A stretch of 56,803 bases of DNA from a virus. Lineage: Duplodnaviria > Caudoviricetes. Under the pieces are notes generated by a model that was given only the letters and a program-made list of their open reading frames with translations, was not told the DNA's origin and ran no database searches. Shown here one piece after another: positions 1 through 10,603 of this stretch; within the stretch, counting starts at the first letter, position 1; each line of letters opens with the position of its first letter. Where the stretch lies: positions 1 to 56,803 of IMG/VR virus record IMGVR_UViG_3300030060_002906; one strand, 5' to 3'. The translations under genes were made by a program, and so were the position numbers.

Positions 1-99
1 TTAGGTGCTGCTTTATTTAATGCAGGCACAGAAGTTACAGCAAAAGATGCTTTTGATAAAATGTTTCAAGCTACTTTTAAACAACACGATCACAATGCT
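1..99. repeat. 99-bp direct terminal repeat, left copy (circular contig overlap)
   Basis: ttaggtgctgctttat...gatcacaatgct at 1-99 is identical to 56705-56803 and lies inside a reading frame. Confidence 0.97.
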
Positions 100-1569
100 T
101 TAAAACAAATTAAAAGATTAATAGGAGTAAACGAAGCAACTCCAAAAAAAGAATACGCTGATGCTTTTATGAAAAAACTTGGTGTACGTTATATGTTTGA
201 TGCTTTTAATAATTCTTTCACTAAAAGAACTAAAGCTGAACCTTTTGTTCCTAACATGATATTAGACGAGGATATTGGCAAAGCTGATGATGTAATGAGA
301 AAATTAATAGAAGACAGGCCAGATATAGCAGACCTTTTTAAAGGTAAAGACCCTAATAAAACTTTTGTAGATCAAGATTTAATAGCTTTAATGAATAAAA
401 AAAATCCTCAAGGTGATTTTGTTTTAGATGTAAATGATAGAGCTAAAATACAAGAATCTTTAACAACTAGTTTAGAAGAAGTAAATTTAGCAGGTAAAAA
501 TATAGATAATTTCAGTATTACCACATTTAAAGAAAAGCTAGGATTAAATAGTCCTGATGGTGTGGCTATGTTAGAAGAATTATATGGTAAAGAACATACT
601 AAAAGAATAAAAGATGTAGTGGAAATATTAGAGGCTGGTGTGAACATTGGTCTTACTGATCCATCTACTTTTATTACCAGAAGAATTATTTTAAGTGGTA
701 CAGCTACTGCAGGTATAGGTGCATCAATAGGGTTTTTTGGTGGGGGAGACACACAAAGCACACTTTTAGGTATGGGTTTTTTGCCTTTACTTTCAGCTTT
801 TGCTGCACGTAGATATGGTATGTGGATTGCTGACCCTAATACAGCCAAAGCAGCACTTGGTCTACTAACAGAACAAGAAAAAAAGTTTTTAATTAGAGGT
901 TATGGAAAACAAGGACCTTTACGAGAGGGTGTATATACTAGAGGAATAGGTCAATCTAAAATAAGAGATGCCGGAGAAATAAGAGAAGCTGGTATTAGAG
1001 AAGTACCTTTTGGTGGAGGTCCGTTTGGTATTGTAGATCCTACTAAACCTTTAGGAGAGTATTATGGTCCACAAAGAGCTAGAAACTTAGCTATTATGAT
1101 GAATTATTTTACAGGTGCTCCTGGAGATGATCCTACATTTACTGCACAAAATATTACTATGAAAGATGTCAACGATTATTTTGCAAAATCAGATGATAAG
1201 ATTATGGTTCCTAATCCATCAGTATCTTTAGGTCAATTACCTGAGTCTACCATTAGACAAATGTATCCAGAGTATGAAGAGTTTAAAAAGTTATCTATTG
1301 AAGAAAAGAAAATTTTTAATGATCAACTAAGAGCTGCTTTAGCTGCAAAAAGACAAGGAGACATTGAAGAAGATGAAATAGATAAAATGCCTGATGCTCA
1401 ACAACCACAACAAGAAGTTCCGCCAGCTAATATAGAACAAACTCCACCAGCTGCTGTGCAACAATCAGCTCCACAAGCTGCTAATCAAAATTTAAATTTG
1501 AGAGCAAATTATGCTGCTTTATTTCCACAAGATGATATAGGGCAAGCTCTGGCTAATAGAAGGACATAA
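1..1569 (+). CDS. 3' part of a large (~1142 aa) internal virion/ejection protein starting at 54845
   Basis: Frame is continuous with 54845..56803 across the overlap, so ATG 61 is internal; hydrophobic Gly/Ala segment; C-terminal YAALFPQDDIG; follows other ejection-type genes. Confidence 0.7.
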   Translation, partial: LGAALFNAGTEVTAKDAFDKMFQATFKQHDHNALKQIKRLIGVNEATPKKEYADAFMKKLGVRYMFDAFNNSFTKRTKAEPFVPNMILDEDIGKADDVMRKLIEDRPDIADLFKGKDPNKTFVDQDLIALMNKKNPQGDFVLDVNDRAKIQESLTTSLEEVNLAGKNIDNFSITTFKEKLGLNSPDGVAMLEELYGKEHTKRIKDVVEILEAGVNIGLTDPSTFITRRIILSGTATAGIGASIGFFGGGDTQSTLLGMGFLPLLSAFAARRYGMWIADPNTAKAALGLLTEQEKKFLIRGYGKQGPLREGVYTRGIGQSKIRDAGEIREAGIREVPFGGGPFGIVDPTKPLGEYYGPQRARNLAIMMNYFTGAPGDDPTFTAQNITMKDVNDYFAKSDDKIMVPNPSVSLGQLPESTIRQMYPEYEEFKKLSIEEKKIFNDQLRAALAAKRQGDIEEDEIDKMPDAQQPQQEVPPANIEQTPPAAVQQSAPQAANQNLNLRANYAALFPQDDIGQALANRRT

Positions 1570-1570
1570 A

Positions 1571-1801
1571 ATGGATGAGATGATGTTTTGGAATATTTTA
1601 CTCACCATAATTGCGTCTGCTTTTGGTTGGGCGTTCAGCAAAATGTTTTCAGAAGTAAAGAGATTACAAATACTACTCAATAAAACCAGGGAAGAGTACC
1701 TGCCTCGTGACGATGCAAAGTCACAGACTTCTCAAATTCTAGAACAGCTTCGTAGGCTAGAGGCGAAACTAGATAGGTTTATTGAGAAAAATAATGGTTG
1801 A
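1571..1801 (+). CDS. small membrane-anchored coiled-coil protein (possible lysis accessory)
   Basis: N-terminal TM segment FWNILLTIIASAFGWAF followed by a heptad pattern. Confidence 0.55.
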   Translation: MDEMMFWNILLTIIASAFGWAFSKMFSEVKRLQILLNKTREEYLPRDDAKSQTSQILEQLRRLEAKLDRFIEKNNG

Positions 1802-2432
1802 CCCAGTTACTGCTGGAGCAGCTGTACTTTCAGGAATAAAATTAGTTAAACAAAGTGTCGACTTTGTTAAGCAACAAATACAAACGTGTAATGATATAAG
1901 TGAATTAGTTGGTCATATTGATAAAGCTATGACGGGTGAACAACAAATTATTAAAGCTCGAGATTCAAAAAATGTCGACCACTTCGCAATAGACAACGTA
2001 GCAAAAGAAGTGATAGATGCTCGTTTGGCTAGAGAACAACTTAATGAGATGAAGAATTTAATTAATTTACGCTTTGGACCTGGGACTTGGGAGTTTATCT
2101 TACAAGAAAGAAAAAAACGTATTGATGCAAAGAAACAAGCAATTAAGGAGGCAAAGGCAGCTAAATTAAAAAAACAAAAAGAAATGTACGAAATGATAAG
2201 AATGGGTTTTATAGTGTTAGCAGTGATAAGTTTTATAGCAGTAGCCATAGGTATTACTGTAAAAATTGTTTTAGCACATAATATGGAATATGATGATAAT
2301 ACTTGTTTAGTATATGACCCTAAATATTTCATGATATGTATGAATGAGGGCAGAGAGTTTGCAGATACAGAGTTATATTTAGAGTATAAAAAACAATTAG
2401 ATAACTGGATTGTCGAAGACGATGAAAAGTAG
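1794..2432 (+). CDS. membrane protein, coiled coil plus TM helix
   Basis: Probable start ATG 1794 (MVDPVT) overlapping the upstream stop; TM MGFIVLAVISFIAVAIGITV. Confidence 0.55.
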   Translation: MVDPVTAGAAVLSGIKLVKQSVDFVKQQIQTCNDISELVGHIDKAMTGEQQIIKARDSKNVDHFAIDNVAKEVIDARLAREQLNEMKNLINLRFGPGTWEFILQERKKRIDAKKQAIKEAKAAKLKKQKEMYEMIRMGFIVLAVISFIAVAIGITVKIVLAHNMEYDDNTCLVYDPKYFMICMNEGREFADTELYLEYKKQLDNWIVEDDEK

Positions 2433-2461
2433 TATAATAATTTTAACAATAGGAGTTTCTT

Positions 2462-3130
2462 ATGAGAAAAAGTAAAGGTTATAGCAAAGGTGGTGCTCGA
2501 ATGATGAGAGCCAGAGGCGGTAAAATGATGGCTAAAGGAATGAGTAAAGGCGGAACTAAAATGATGAGGGCTATGGGTGGTAAAATGGCTAAAGGTTACG
2601 CAAAAGGCGGCACTAAAATGATGAGGGCTATGGGTGGTAAAATGGCTAAAGGTTATTCTAAAGGTGGAGCTAAAATGATGAAAGCTTCTCTTGGAGGTCT
2701 CACTATGATAGCACTTAGAGCAGCCTTGAAAAAAGTAAGACCAGGATTTAAAATGTCCGATCCGATTAGGAAAAATGATTTAGATAGAGCAGCTAAATTT
2801 TTCACAACTGGTAAAATTAAAACACCAGCTACAAAAAAAGCTAGCGCAGCAGCATTAGCTAGACGAAGAAAAACACCTATTCCTACAGCTACACGTAAAA
2901 AGAAACCAGGTTATGGACAAGGATTTTTAACTGGTGCAGCTTATACAGGAGCAGCAACTGTAGGTTTACCTGCTTACGTTGATAGTCAAAGAAAAAAAGG
3001 CAAGGAGCCTTTTAAAATGCTAACAAGCAAAAAAAAGCAATTTGAAACTGCTTTTAAAGCAGCAAGAAAATCAGGTAAGAAAACTTTTACTTTTCAAGGT
3101 AAAAAATATACTACCAAGTTAAAGAAATAA
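2462..3130 (+). CDS. very basic Lys/Met/Gly repeat protein, putative virion cargo or DNA-binding protein
   Basis: RBS aggag; repeats of KGYxKGG / MRAMGGKM; C-terminal FETAFKAARKSGKKTFTFQGKKYTT module. Confidence 0.7.
   Translation: MRKSKGYSKGGARMMRARGGKMMAKGMSKGGTKMMRAMGGKMAKGYAKGGTKMMRAMGGKMAKGYSKGGAKMMKASLGGLTMIALRAALKKVRPGFKMSDPIRKNDLDRAAKFFTTGKIKTPATKKASAAALARRRKTPIPTATRKKKPGYGQGFLTGAAYTGAATVGLPAYVDSQRKKGKEPFKMLTSKKKQFETAFKAARKSGKKTFTFQGKKYTTKLKK
2555..2655 (+). repeat. intragenic tandem repeat, 57-bp period
   Basis: 44-bp identical copies at 2555-2598 and 2612-2655, with degenerate copies on both sides. Confidence 0.9.
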
Positions 3131-3131
3131 C

Positions 3132-3160
3132 TTGCTAAATTAAAATCCTGTATATATAGT
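3132..3160 (+). promoter_or_regulatory. sigma70-like promoter, probably leaderless transcript
   Basis: TTGCTA-17 bp-TATAGT, ATG 5 nt downstream at 3166. Confidence 0.55.
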
Positions 3161-3165
3161 AAGGT

Positions 3166-3852
3166 ATGGCATATCTTACTAGCAACATTCCTTACTTTAA
3201 AGTTTGGATAAGAAAAGAATTTACACATAACCATAGAGATTTTCATGGAGAGTATTTACATGGTTTGGCTATAGCTGTTACTGCAATACCAGATCGTTCT
3301 TTATCTTTTCAAGTAGTCTTTACGGGTTGTGAAGATGAAGACAATAGAGTCAATGGTCCTCATGGTGGAGCTATGTGGGCTCGTATGCCAATACAATCTC
3401 TTGTGGCTGATGAAGTTCTAGATGAATTTCCTCCAAGAATACCTAATCACTTTGTTCAGCCTTGGGATTGTTCTAGTAGACACTTTAGTATTATAAGATA
3501 TGACAGGACGAGCAGCTCTCCTTGGATTACAAAAATAGATGGTCAGTTTTATAATGCTAAATATTATTTTACGATTGATTACACAAACGGAGATGAAATA
3601 ACAAGTCTTGGAGATGATGTGGCTCAGCACAAACAGAGTCATGTATTAGCTATAACGAATGGTGAATTTAAAGGACAAATAGTTGCACAACCTAATAATA
3701 GAGTGCGAGTAACAAACCCTGCCTTATGGGTAACAGGAGATGGTGCTCCTAATTTTATACCAAGCCAGTATGAGTTTTCAGCTGAAGAGGACGAGAGTTA
3801 TATGGATCCTGAATATACTTTTGATAATCTTTATGCTGATAAAAAAAAATAA
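3166..3852 (+). CDS. conserved marine phage hypothetical protein
   Basis: Clean ORF; MAYLTSNIPYFK...GGAMWARMPI...QPWDC...QHKQSHV...AQPNNR pattern recalled from marine phages; function unknown. Confidence 0.65.
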   Translation: MAYLTSNIPYFKVWIRKEFTHNHRDFHGEYLHGLAIAVTAIPDRSLSFQVVFTGCEDEDNRVNGPHGGAMWARMPIQSLVADEVLDEFPPRIPNHFVQPWDCSSRHFSIIRYDRTSSSPWITKIDGQFYNAKYYFTIDYTNGDEITSLGDDVAQHKQSHVLAITNGEFKGQIVAQPNNRVRVTNPALWVTGDGAPNFIPSQYEFSAEEDESYMDPEYTFDNLYADKKK

Positions 3853-4597
3853 AAACTCTTTTGTAATTACCGATTTTACAATTAAGTCTGTGTATAAGTA
3901 TAAGACCTATACAAGAAACGATGAAGAAACTAGAACTTATAATGTAGGTAAAGATAAGTTCCCTTCTGTTACTACCATACTATCAGCTACACAAAGTGAA
4001 GATAAAAAACTAGCTTTATTAAACTGGAAAAAAAGAATAGGTGAAGCTATGGCTAAAAAAATCACGATTGACGCAGCCAGAAGAGGAACAGAGATGCACC
4101 TAGTATTAGAAAAATATTGTCAGGGTATACCTTATTTAAATACAACAGTCCAGGGAAACGTATCACGATTGATGGCTCACACTATAGTAGAAAATTTAGG
4201 TAAGTTAAAAGAGGTGTGGGGAAGTGAGGTTAGTTTAATGTATGAAGATTATTGTCCCTCTTTATATCCTGATCCTAAAAAGATGGCGTGGGCAGGTATG
4301 ACAGATTTAGTTGGTTTGTATGATGATAAACCTACAATTATAGATTTCAAGCAATCTAATAGATTGAAAAGAGAAGAGTGGATTGAAGATTATTATTATC
4401 AAATTGCTGCGTATTCATTAGCACATAAATTATACTATGGTCCTATCGAACAAGGTTTGATATGTATTTGTACTAAAGATATGCAGTATCAACAATTTAT
4501 TATGGATGATAATAAAATATTAGAATATGAAAATAAATGGATGGAGAGAGCTTACGAGTATTACAAAAAGTTAAGCACTATCTCTCCTAAAACTTGA
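3833..4597 (+). CDS. PD-(D/E)XK exonuclease (MGME1/RecB/Cas4-like)
   Basis: FPSVTTILS, RGTEMH, AGMTDLVG, IIDFKQS, YYQIAAYS motifs; start moved to ATG 3833. Confidence 0.85.
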   Translation: MLIKKNKNSFVITDFTIKSVYKYKTYTRNDEETRTYNVGKDKFPSVTTILSATQSEDKKLALLNWKKRIGEAMAKKITIDAARRGTEMHLVLEKYCQGIPYLNTTVQGNVSRLMAHTIVENLGKLKEVWGSEVSLMYEDYCPSLYPDPKKMAWAGMTDLVGLYDDKPTIIDFKQSNRLKREEWIEDYYYQIAAYSLAHKLYYGPIEQGLICICTKDMQYQQFIMDDNKILEYENKWMERAYEYYKKLSTISPKT

Positions 4598-5961
4598 GAA
4601 GACATTGTTTTCTTTTTATTTAAAGCATCTAAAATAAATTCGTCAATGGTTCCTTTAGTTACTATGTCTACATAAGTAACACTTTTGTTTTGTCCTTTTC
4701 TATGTGCTCTATCTTCTGATTGTTCTCTATGTGTAAGATCAAAAGAGTTACTATAATATATAACAGTTTGAGCAGCTGTTAAATTTAATCCATATCCTCC
4801 AGTTGAGGGATTGCCTACAAAAAATCTTGTGTATTTGTCATTTTGAAAATCTTTAACAGCTCTGTCTCTATCCTCTACACTCACTGCTCCGTACATAGCT
4901 ACTGTTTTGTCTTCTGGATATTTTTGTCTTAATGTTTTTATTATGTGTTCTAAGTTAAAAATATAATTAGCCCAAATAATTATTTTACCTTCTGTTTCAT
5001 CTATAACATTTATAAGTTCTTTTATTTTGTTATTATCTAATTCTTTATTTTCTTTATTGTCTGTGCAGAAAAAACCACAAGTCACTTGATGTAATCTGAG
5101 CAACTCTGTTAATTTATTTGTGTAAGAAGATTCTTTGTTTTGAAAAACTGCTCTGGCATATTTTTTTAAGTTAGCATAAATTTCAATTTGCTCCTTACTT
5201 AAATGCACATATCTTTTTACATAAATTTTTGGTGGTAAGTCTAAACAATTTTCTTTTATTGCACGATAAGAAAAACTTTTTATTTTATTTTTTAACTCAT
5301 CTACATTTTGATAATCATAAGGTATCATAGTTTGTCTAAATCCATCTCTTGTTAAAGGCCTAAGTTTAGCGTACCTAGCTCGAAAAGAATAATAACTAGA
5401 AAAACCTAACAAACCTTTTTTTAAAAATTCACATTGAGCATACAAGTCTAAAGGATTTTTAGTAACAGGTGATCCTGTCATAGCTCTTTTGTAAATTATA
5501 TTTTCAGCTAACTTAATAATATTTTTTGTTCTTTTGGCTTTTGGATTTTTTATAGTAGTGCTTTCATCTATAACCATAAACATATTTTTTTCATGATCTT
5601 GAACTAATTTTTTTGCTACTTTCATTCCTGATTGTATAGAAAAAGATTCTACATTCATAATATACCAATTTAGTAAATTAGGATCATAGTCAAACTTATC
5701 TACTTTATGTATGTAAATTTTATTTCTAGCAGAACTATGTGTATTTATTTCGTGCATCCAATTATGCGTAACGCTGTTTGGTGCTATTGCTAACACAACA
5801 TTAATTTTTTTTTCAGTCCATAAGTACACAGCATTATCTATTGCTACTTTTGTTTTACCTGTACCCATACCCATAGTAAGAAAAAAGTAATCTGATTTAG
5901 CTCCTTTTATAAGAGCTTCACGCTGATGTTCTAAGGGTTTTGTCCGATATTTAAATGCCAT
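4561..5961 (-). CDS. SNF2-family (SF2) helicase
   Basis: MGTGKT Walker A, VIDEST, MTGSP, GGYGLNL, QSEDRAHRKGQ; likely start MAFKYRTKP at 5961. Confidence 0.92.
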   Translation of the reverse strand: MAFKYRTKPLEHQREALIKGAKSDYFFLTMGMGTGKTKVAIDNAVYLWTEKKINVVLAIAPNSVTHNWMHEINTHSSARNKIYIHKVDKFDYDPNLLNWYIMNVESFSIQSGMKVAKKLVQDHEKNMFMVIDESTTIKNPKAKRTKNIIKLAENIIYKRAMTGSPVTKNPLDLYAQCEFLKKGLLGFSSYYSFRARYAKLRPLTRDGFRQTMIPYDYQNVDELKNKIKSFSYRAIKENCLDLPPKIYVKRYVHLSKEQIEIYANLKKYARAVFQNKESSYTNKLTELLRLHQVTCGFFCTDNKENKELDNNKIKELINVIDETEGKIIIWANYIFNLEHIIKTLRQKYPEDKTVAMYGAVSVEDRDRAVKDFQNDKYTRFFVGNPSTGGYGLNLTAAQTVIYYSNSFDLTHREQSEDRAHRKGQNKSVTYVDIVTKGTIDEFILDALNKKKTMSSQVLGEIVLNFL

Positions 5962-5967
5962 ACTAGA

Positions 5968-6013
5968 AATATAGGATTTTTTTGTTGACATTACAAGCTT
6001 TAATTATTATCGT
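5968..6013. promoter_or_regulatory. overlapping divergent promoters
   Basis: Rightward TTGACA(5985)-17-TATCGT; leftward TTGTAA(5996)-17-TATATT ending about 7 nt before the helicase ATG. Confidence 0.55.
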
Positions 6014-6035
6014 ATTTTTACAAACGGAGGTAAAC

Positions 6036-6620
6036 ATGAATGAAGAAGTAAAGATGACGATTGACGTAGAAGATAATAAGCTAGGGCAGTTAAGAAATTT
6101 AATCCTGGACATGACTAAAAATGAAAAGGCCATTGAGGATCTTAAATCAGCTCTTGCTACTCTTAATGAACAACAAAGACAATTATCTGAAGTGTCTATA
6201 CCAGAGAAGATGAATGAGCTGGGACTAAAAGAATTTGTCACTAATAATGGTGACAAAGTGTCGACCCGAAGTTTCTACACCGCTTATTTACCAACTAAAA
6301 AATCTTGTGAAAAAAGCAAAGAACTAGCTATGCGAAGAGCTGCAGGAATAACTTGGTTGGAAAATAACAACGCAGGAACTTTAATAAAAAATACTTTAAC
6401 TATTCCATTTGATAGAAGTGATTATAGTAAATCTTTAGGTTTAAAAGAAGAACTTGAGAGTAAAGGTTATCTTGTATCTATGGATGAAACAGTTAACGCT
6501 AGATCATTACAGTCGCATATAAATGCACTAAAAGAAAGTGGTCAAAATGTTAATGATGAATTGTTTAAAGTATACTACAAAACTGAAACTATAATAAAGA
6601 AAGGAAAAAATGATGAGTGA
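6036..6620 (+). CDS. replication-module hypothetical protein (coiled-coil N-terminus)
   Basis: RBS AAACGGAGG at 6022-6030 supports ATG 6036; IPEKMNELGLKEF motif; sits upstream of the SSB-like gene. Confidence 0.7.
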   Translation: MNEEVKMTIDVEDNKLGQLRNLILDMTKNEKAIEDLKSALATLNEQQRQLSEVSIPEKMNELGLKEFVTNNGDKVSTRSFYTAYLPTKKSCEKSKELAMRRAAGITWLENNNAGTLIKNTLTIPFDRSDYSKSLGLKEELESKGYLVSMDETVNARSLQSHINALKESGQNVNDELFKVYYKTETIIKKGKNDE

Positions 6621-7392
6621 TGTAGCAATAAAGAAGAACGATCTACCAGCCTTAAATGACTGGAAAAAAGATGCAGGTATGGGGTTTGAAGAAGCCTCAT
6701 CTGATGAGTTTAAGTTACCTTTAATCAAGATAATTTATTCTAGCAGTATGCCTGATGTAGAAAAAACTGTAGATGGTAAACCAGTTAGTGAGGGTTGTAT
6801 CTATAACCAAACTAGCGAAAGAGCTTATGCTGGAGAACCTGGTATGTTAGTTGTGCCTTGTTATTACAAAAGAAGTTTTAACGAGTGGGCACCTTTAGAG
6901 GATGGTAACAACAGACCTGTTGCCGTACATAAAGACAAGCCAGAGGGTACAGTTAGAAATGGTAATAAAGATGAACTACCTAATGGTAATTATGTTGAAG
7001 ATACAGGTAATTGGTTTGTTATGATATTAGACTCTAAATATCAAGTAATAGAAGAGGGTTTAATAACTATGAAGTCTACACAAAAGAAAAAAGCAACCGA
7101 GTGGTTACAAAAACTACGAAGTAATCAAATAGATGGACAGACACCTCCAGGTTATAAATGTGTATATAGACTTAGCACTATAAGACAGAAAAGTGGCACA
7201 TATAAATACTGGGGTTGGCAAATTAGATTTGATAGGTTTTTAGAAGAGTCTGATAAAAAAGACGCTACTACTTATGTCAAAGCAAAAACCTTTGCACATC
7301 ACGCTAAAGAATTTAATTTGTATTATGGTCCAGAAAGCCAAGAGCAAACTGACAATCCTAATACGAAAGAAGCAAAAGAAGTACCCTTCTAA
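6610..7392 (+). CDS. single-stranded DNA-binding/annealing protein (putative)
   Basis: LITMKSTQKKKA motif, acidic tail ending in PF, position before primase. Confidence 0.6.
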   Translation: MMSDVAIKKNDLPALNDWKKDAGMGFEEASSDEFKLPLIKIIYSSSMPDVEKTVDGKPVSEGCIYNQTSERAYAGEPGMLVVPCYYKRSFNEWAPLEDGNNRPVAVHKDKPEGTVRNGNKDELPNGNYVEDTGNWFVMILDSKYQVIEEGLITMKSTQKKKATEWLQKLRSNQIDGQTPPGYKCVYRLSTIRQKSGTYKYWGWQIRFDRFLEESDKKDATTYVKAKTFAHHAKEFNLYYGPESQEQTDNPNTKEAKEVPF

Positions 7393-8954
7393 TGTTTCAT
7401 AAGGAGCTGCATAAACTATTTGCTGCTTATCCAAAATCATTTGTGAAGCTCTCTCTTACAGGGGAGAGTGGATCAAATGGTAAGAAAGAGGCACGATATA
7501 TAACAGTACATGAAGATATAAGTCCTAAAGTTTGGAAAGATCATTTAGATGGTAAATATAGAATAGGTCTTAGACCTGAGTTAGGTGATGAATGTGTCTG
7601 GGCTTGTATAGATATAGATCCTAACGATTATAAAAATTTTTCAAAAAAGAAAACCATAAACATAATAGCAAATTTTAATTTGCCTTTTATACCTGTAGTA
7701 TCTAAATCAGGTGGCTTACATTTATTTATTTTTTTTACTAAACCAGCAAAGATAGATAAAGTAAAAGCAAAGTTACAACAATACAATGAGCAATATTTTT
7801 TAGCTAACGAAATATTTCCCTGTAATAAAACTATCAATATGCCTTATTTTAATATGAATGCCACAATGGAGTTTGCATTTAATAATCAGAGCACTCCTGT
7901 ATTGGTGGGTCAATTTATAGAGTTAATTAAATTAAAAGCAATAGATCCACAAACATTTTTTAATGCACAAATAGAAGAGTATGATGTTGAAAGAGATTGG
8001 AAACACTTTCCGCCATGTGTTCAAAAATTAGTGCAAGAAGGTTGGTCTGGTGGTATGAGACATCAATTTTTATACAACGTATGTGTTTTAGAAATGAAAA
8101 AATCGTCTGGTATAAATTATTCTGATTTGAATGTAATTATGCAAGAAAGAAATAAGCAGATATTTACTAAACCTTTACCAGAAACAGAAGTATCACAAAT
8201 GACTAAAACGATACACAAAGAGGGATATGGTTTTCAATGTCCACCAAAACATTCTGAGTTTGCACCGATATGTAATTATGAATTATGTAAAACTAGGAGA
8301 TTAGGTAGAGGAGATGATACACCATCTATCATAGATAAATTTACAAACATAACTTATGTGCAAGATACAAAAAATACTTGGTTTGATTTTGAGTATGAGG
8401 GTCAAAGAGTTACAGTTACTCCTGATGATATGAAGGACGAAAAAAGTTGGAGAGTAAAGTTATTACGATATAGAATCTACTGGCTAACATTACCTAAACC
8501 TAGAAAAGGTATTAGTCCTTTTGAAATGTTAATGAAAAGCATAGTAGAAAAATCTGTAGAAAGCACAGAACATAAATATACAGATACAGTAGAAGAAGAA
8601 AAATATGAAACATTGAAAAAGTTTTTTGAAAGTCATATAGAACAGGATAGATTCGAAAAGTTAAAAGATGGTTACGTTGTATTAGATAGTAATACCAACA
8701 TATGTTATTTTAAAAAGATAACCATAGCTAATTTTTTAAATAAAAGTGGCACAAGAACATTTGCTAATCCTATGGCAGCTTTACGTATGCTAGACTGTAA
8801 AAAGTTAGACTATCACGAGGGTGAGAAAAACGTGTGGAGTGTAAAGATGCCTGAGTTTGTAAAACATAAAACAATAAAAAAGAAAGTAAAAGAAGATGTA
8901 AGCGAGATGGATGATGAGTATCACACAGGAAAATTTAGAACTTCAAAGACATAA
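7392..8954 (+). CDS. AEP-superfamily primase/prim-pol with C-terminal PriCT-like Cys-rich region
   Basis: WKDHLDG, CIDID (DxD), SKSGGLHL, PPC...C...C-x4-C. Confidence 0.8.
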   Translation: MFHKELHKLFAAYPKSFVKLSLTGESGSNGKKEARYITVHEDISPKVWKDHLDGKYRIGLRPELGDECVWACIDIDPNDYKNFSKKKTINIIANFNLPFIPVVSKSGGLHLFIFFTKPAKIDKVKAKLQQYNEQYFLANEIFPCNKTINMPYFNMNATMEFAFNNQSTPVLVGQFIELIKLKAIDPQTFFNAQIEEYDVERDWKHFPPCVQKLVQEGWSGGMRHQFLYNVCVLEMKKSSGINYSDLNVIMQERNKQIFTKPLPETEVSQMTKTIHKEGYGFQCPPKHSEFAPICNYELCKTRRLGRGDDTPSIIDKFTNITYVQDTKNTWFDFEYEGQRVTVTPDDMKDEKSWRVKLLRYRIYWLTLPKPRKGISPFEMLMKSIVEKSVESTEHKYTDTVEEEKYETLKKFFESHIEQDRFEKLKDGYVVLDSNTNICYFKKITIANFLNKSGTRTFANPMAALRMLDCKKLDYHEGEKNVWSVKMPEFVKHKTIKKKVKEDVSEMDDEYHTGKFRTSKT

Positions 8955-10539
8955 AGTTCTACACAGGAAAACAATAAAAATATTTGGACCACCAGGTACA
9001 GGTAAAACACATACACTTGTCGAAAGAGTATTGAAAGGTCATTTAAAAAAAGGTGTCAAACCAATAGACATTGCATTCATATCTTTTACAAATAAAGCAG
9101 TTAACACAGCCATTGATAGAGCAATAAAAGCTTTTCCACAGTATGATAGTGATGACTTTGCACGATTTAAAACATTACATAAATACTGTAGACGATACTT
9201 TGAAGAAGAAGTATTTGATCCGAAAGCTTGTATGTTAGATTATGCGTTACAAGCTAGCATCATAAAAAGAAGTGATACTAGGTTGTCTGATGATAATTTT
9301 ACTTATAAAGATTGGTCATTAGGTGTGTATGATAAAGCACGAAACATGATGGAGGAGCCAGTTAAAGTATACAAAAGAGAACAATCAAAAATGGATAGCC
9401 TAGATGTATTTTTAAGAAAGATAGATACATATGAACATTATAAAAAAGATAGTTTTATAGACTTTACTGACATGATTGAAAGAACTATTGAAGAGGTAGA
9501 CTTTCCAAAGTTAGAAATATTAATATTAGATGAAGCTCAAGACTTTACACCTTTACAATGGAGTGTGTTATATAAAATGGCACAGGGTGCAAAAAGAATA
9601 TATTTAGCAGGGGATGATGATCAAGGAATATACAAATTTAATGGCAGTGATCCTAAATATTTCACTACATATTTTCCAGGGCGTAAAGTTATACTAAGAC
9701 AAACGAGAAGATTTGGTGAAGCCATACATCATTTTAGTCAGATCATTAGAAGGGGTATACTAGATAGTATAGAGAAAGATTATGACTCGTTAAAAAAAGA
9801 TGGTTATGTAAAAAGATATTTAAACTTTGCTGAGATACCAATAGGAGAGCTGCCCGGAACTTGGTATTTACTAGGTAGAGTTAATACTACTGTCAATGAA
9901 CTTCGAGCTTGTGCAAAAGATGCTGGATTATATTACGGAGACAACAGAGGGAATAAATCTTTTGATACAAAACAATGGAGAGCTATAAAGTCCTGGACAA
10001 GAATTAGTAAAGGTAAATCTATAAAAAAACATGATGCTGAAATTATGATGCGATACATTCGAGAGATTAAAGATCATAGTTATAGGAGAACTTCTTTTTG
10101 GATAGAGTTACCAGATACACATGAATATGATTTTGATGGGTTGTGTGATTGGTGTGGTTTAAATTTAAATGATGATGCAGCTACTAAACCTTGGTGGGAT
10201 ATATTACAAAGAAACTTTACAGCGACACAAACAGAATATTTTATTAGATTATTAAAAAGATATGGTCAAGATAGTTTAGATAATGATCCACAGATCATAA
10301 TTGATACGATACATAGTGTCAAAGGTGGAGAGGCAAATAATGTTTTATTATATTCTAAAGCTAACTACCCATCCTCTTTTGTAAATAAAAAATCAGCAGA
10401 TGATAAGTCTGATGAAAAAAGAGTTTATTACACAGGAGCCACGAGAGCCAGAGATACTTTACATATACTATCTAGTAATTATAGGTATAATTATCCGATA
10501 GGTGAAGATTATTTAATATATTTAAGGGAGAAAAAATAA
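8911..10539 (+). CDS. UvrD/Rep-like SF1 DNA helicase
   Basis: GPPGTGKT, SFTNKA, LDEAQD, GDDDQ, TIHSVKGGEA, YTGATRA. Confidence 0.93.
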   Translation: MMSITQENLELQRHKVLHRKTIKIFGPPGTGKTHTLVERVLKGHLKKGVKPIDIAFISFTNKAVNTAIDRAIKAFPQYDSDDFARFKTLHKYCRRYFEEEVFDPKACMLDYALQASIIKRSDTRLSDDNFTYKDWSLGVYDKARNMMEEPVKVYKREQSKMDSLDVFLRKIDTYEHYKKDSFIDFTDMIERTIEEVDFPKLEILILDEAQDFTPLQWSVLYKMAQGAKRIYLAGDDDQGIYKFNGSDPKYFTTYFPGRKVILRQTRRFGEAIHHFSQIIRRGILDSIEKDYDSLKKDGYVKRYLNFAEIPIGELPGTWYLLGRVNTTVNELRACAKDAGLYYGDNRGNKSFDTKQWRAIKSWTRISKGKSIKKHDAEIMMRYIREIKDHSYRRTSFWIELPDTHEYDFDGLCDWCGLNLNDDAATKPWWDILQRNFTATQTEYFIRLLKRYGQDSLDNDPQIIIDTIHSVKGGEANNVLLYSKANYPSSFVNKKSADDKSDEKRVYYTGATRARDTLHILSSNYRYNYPIGEDYLIYLREKK

Positions 10540-10603
10540 TGGAAATGATTTGGATTTATACGATCATTAGCACCATAATAGGTTTACAAAACGCTGGTGT
10601 AAT

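Noticed and set aside
3833-4597. Cas4 / CRISPR adaptation gene
   Set aside because: It lacks the four-Cys Fe-S arrangement and CRISPR context; an ordinary phage replication exonuclease is the simpler call
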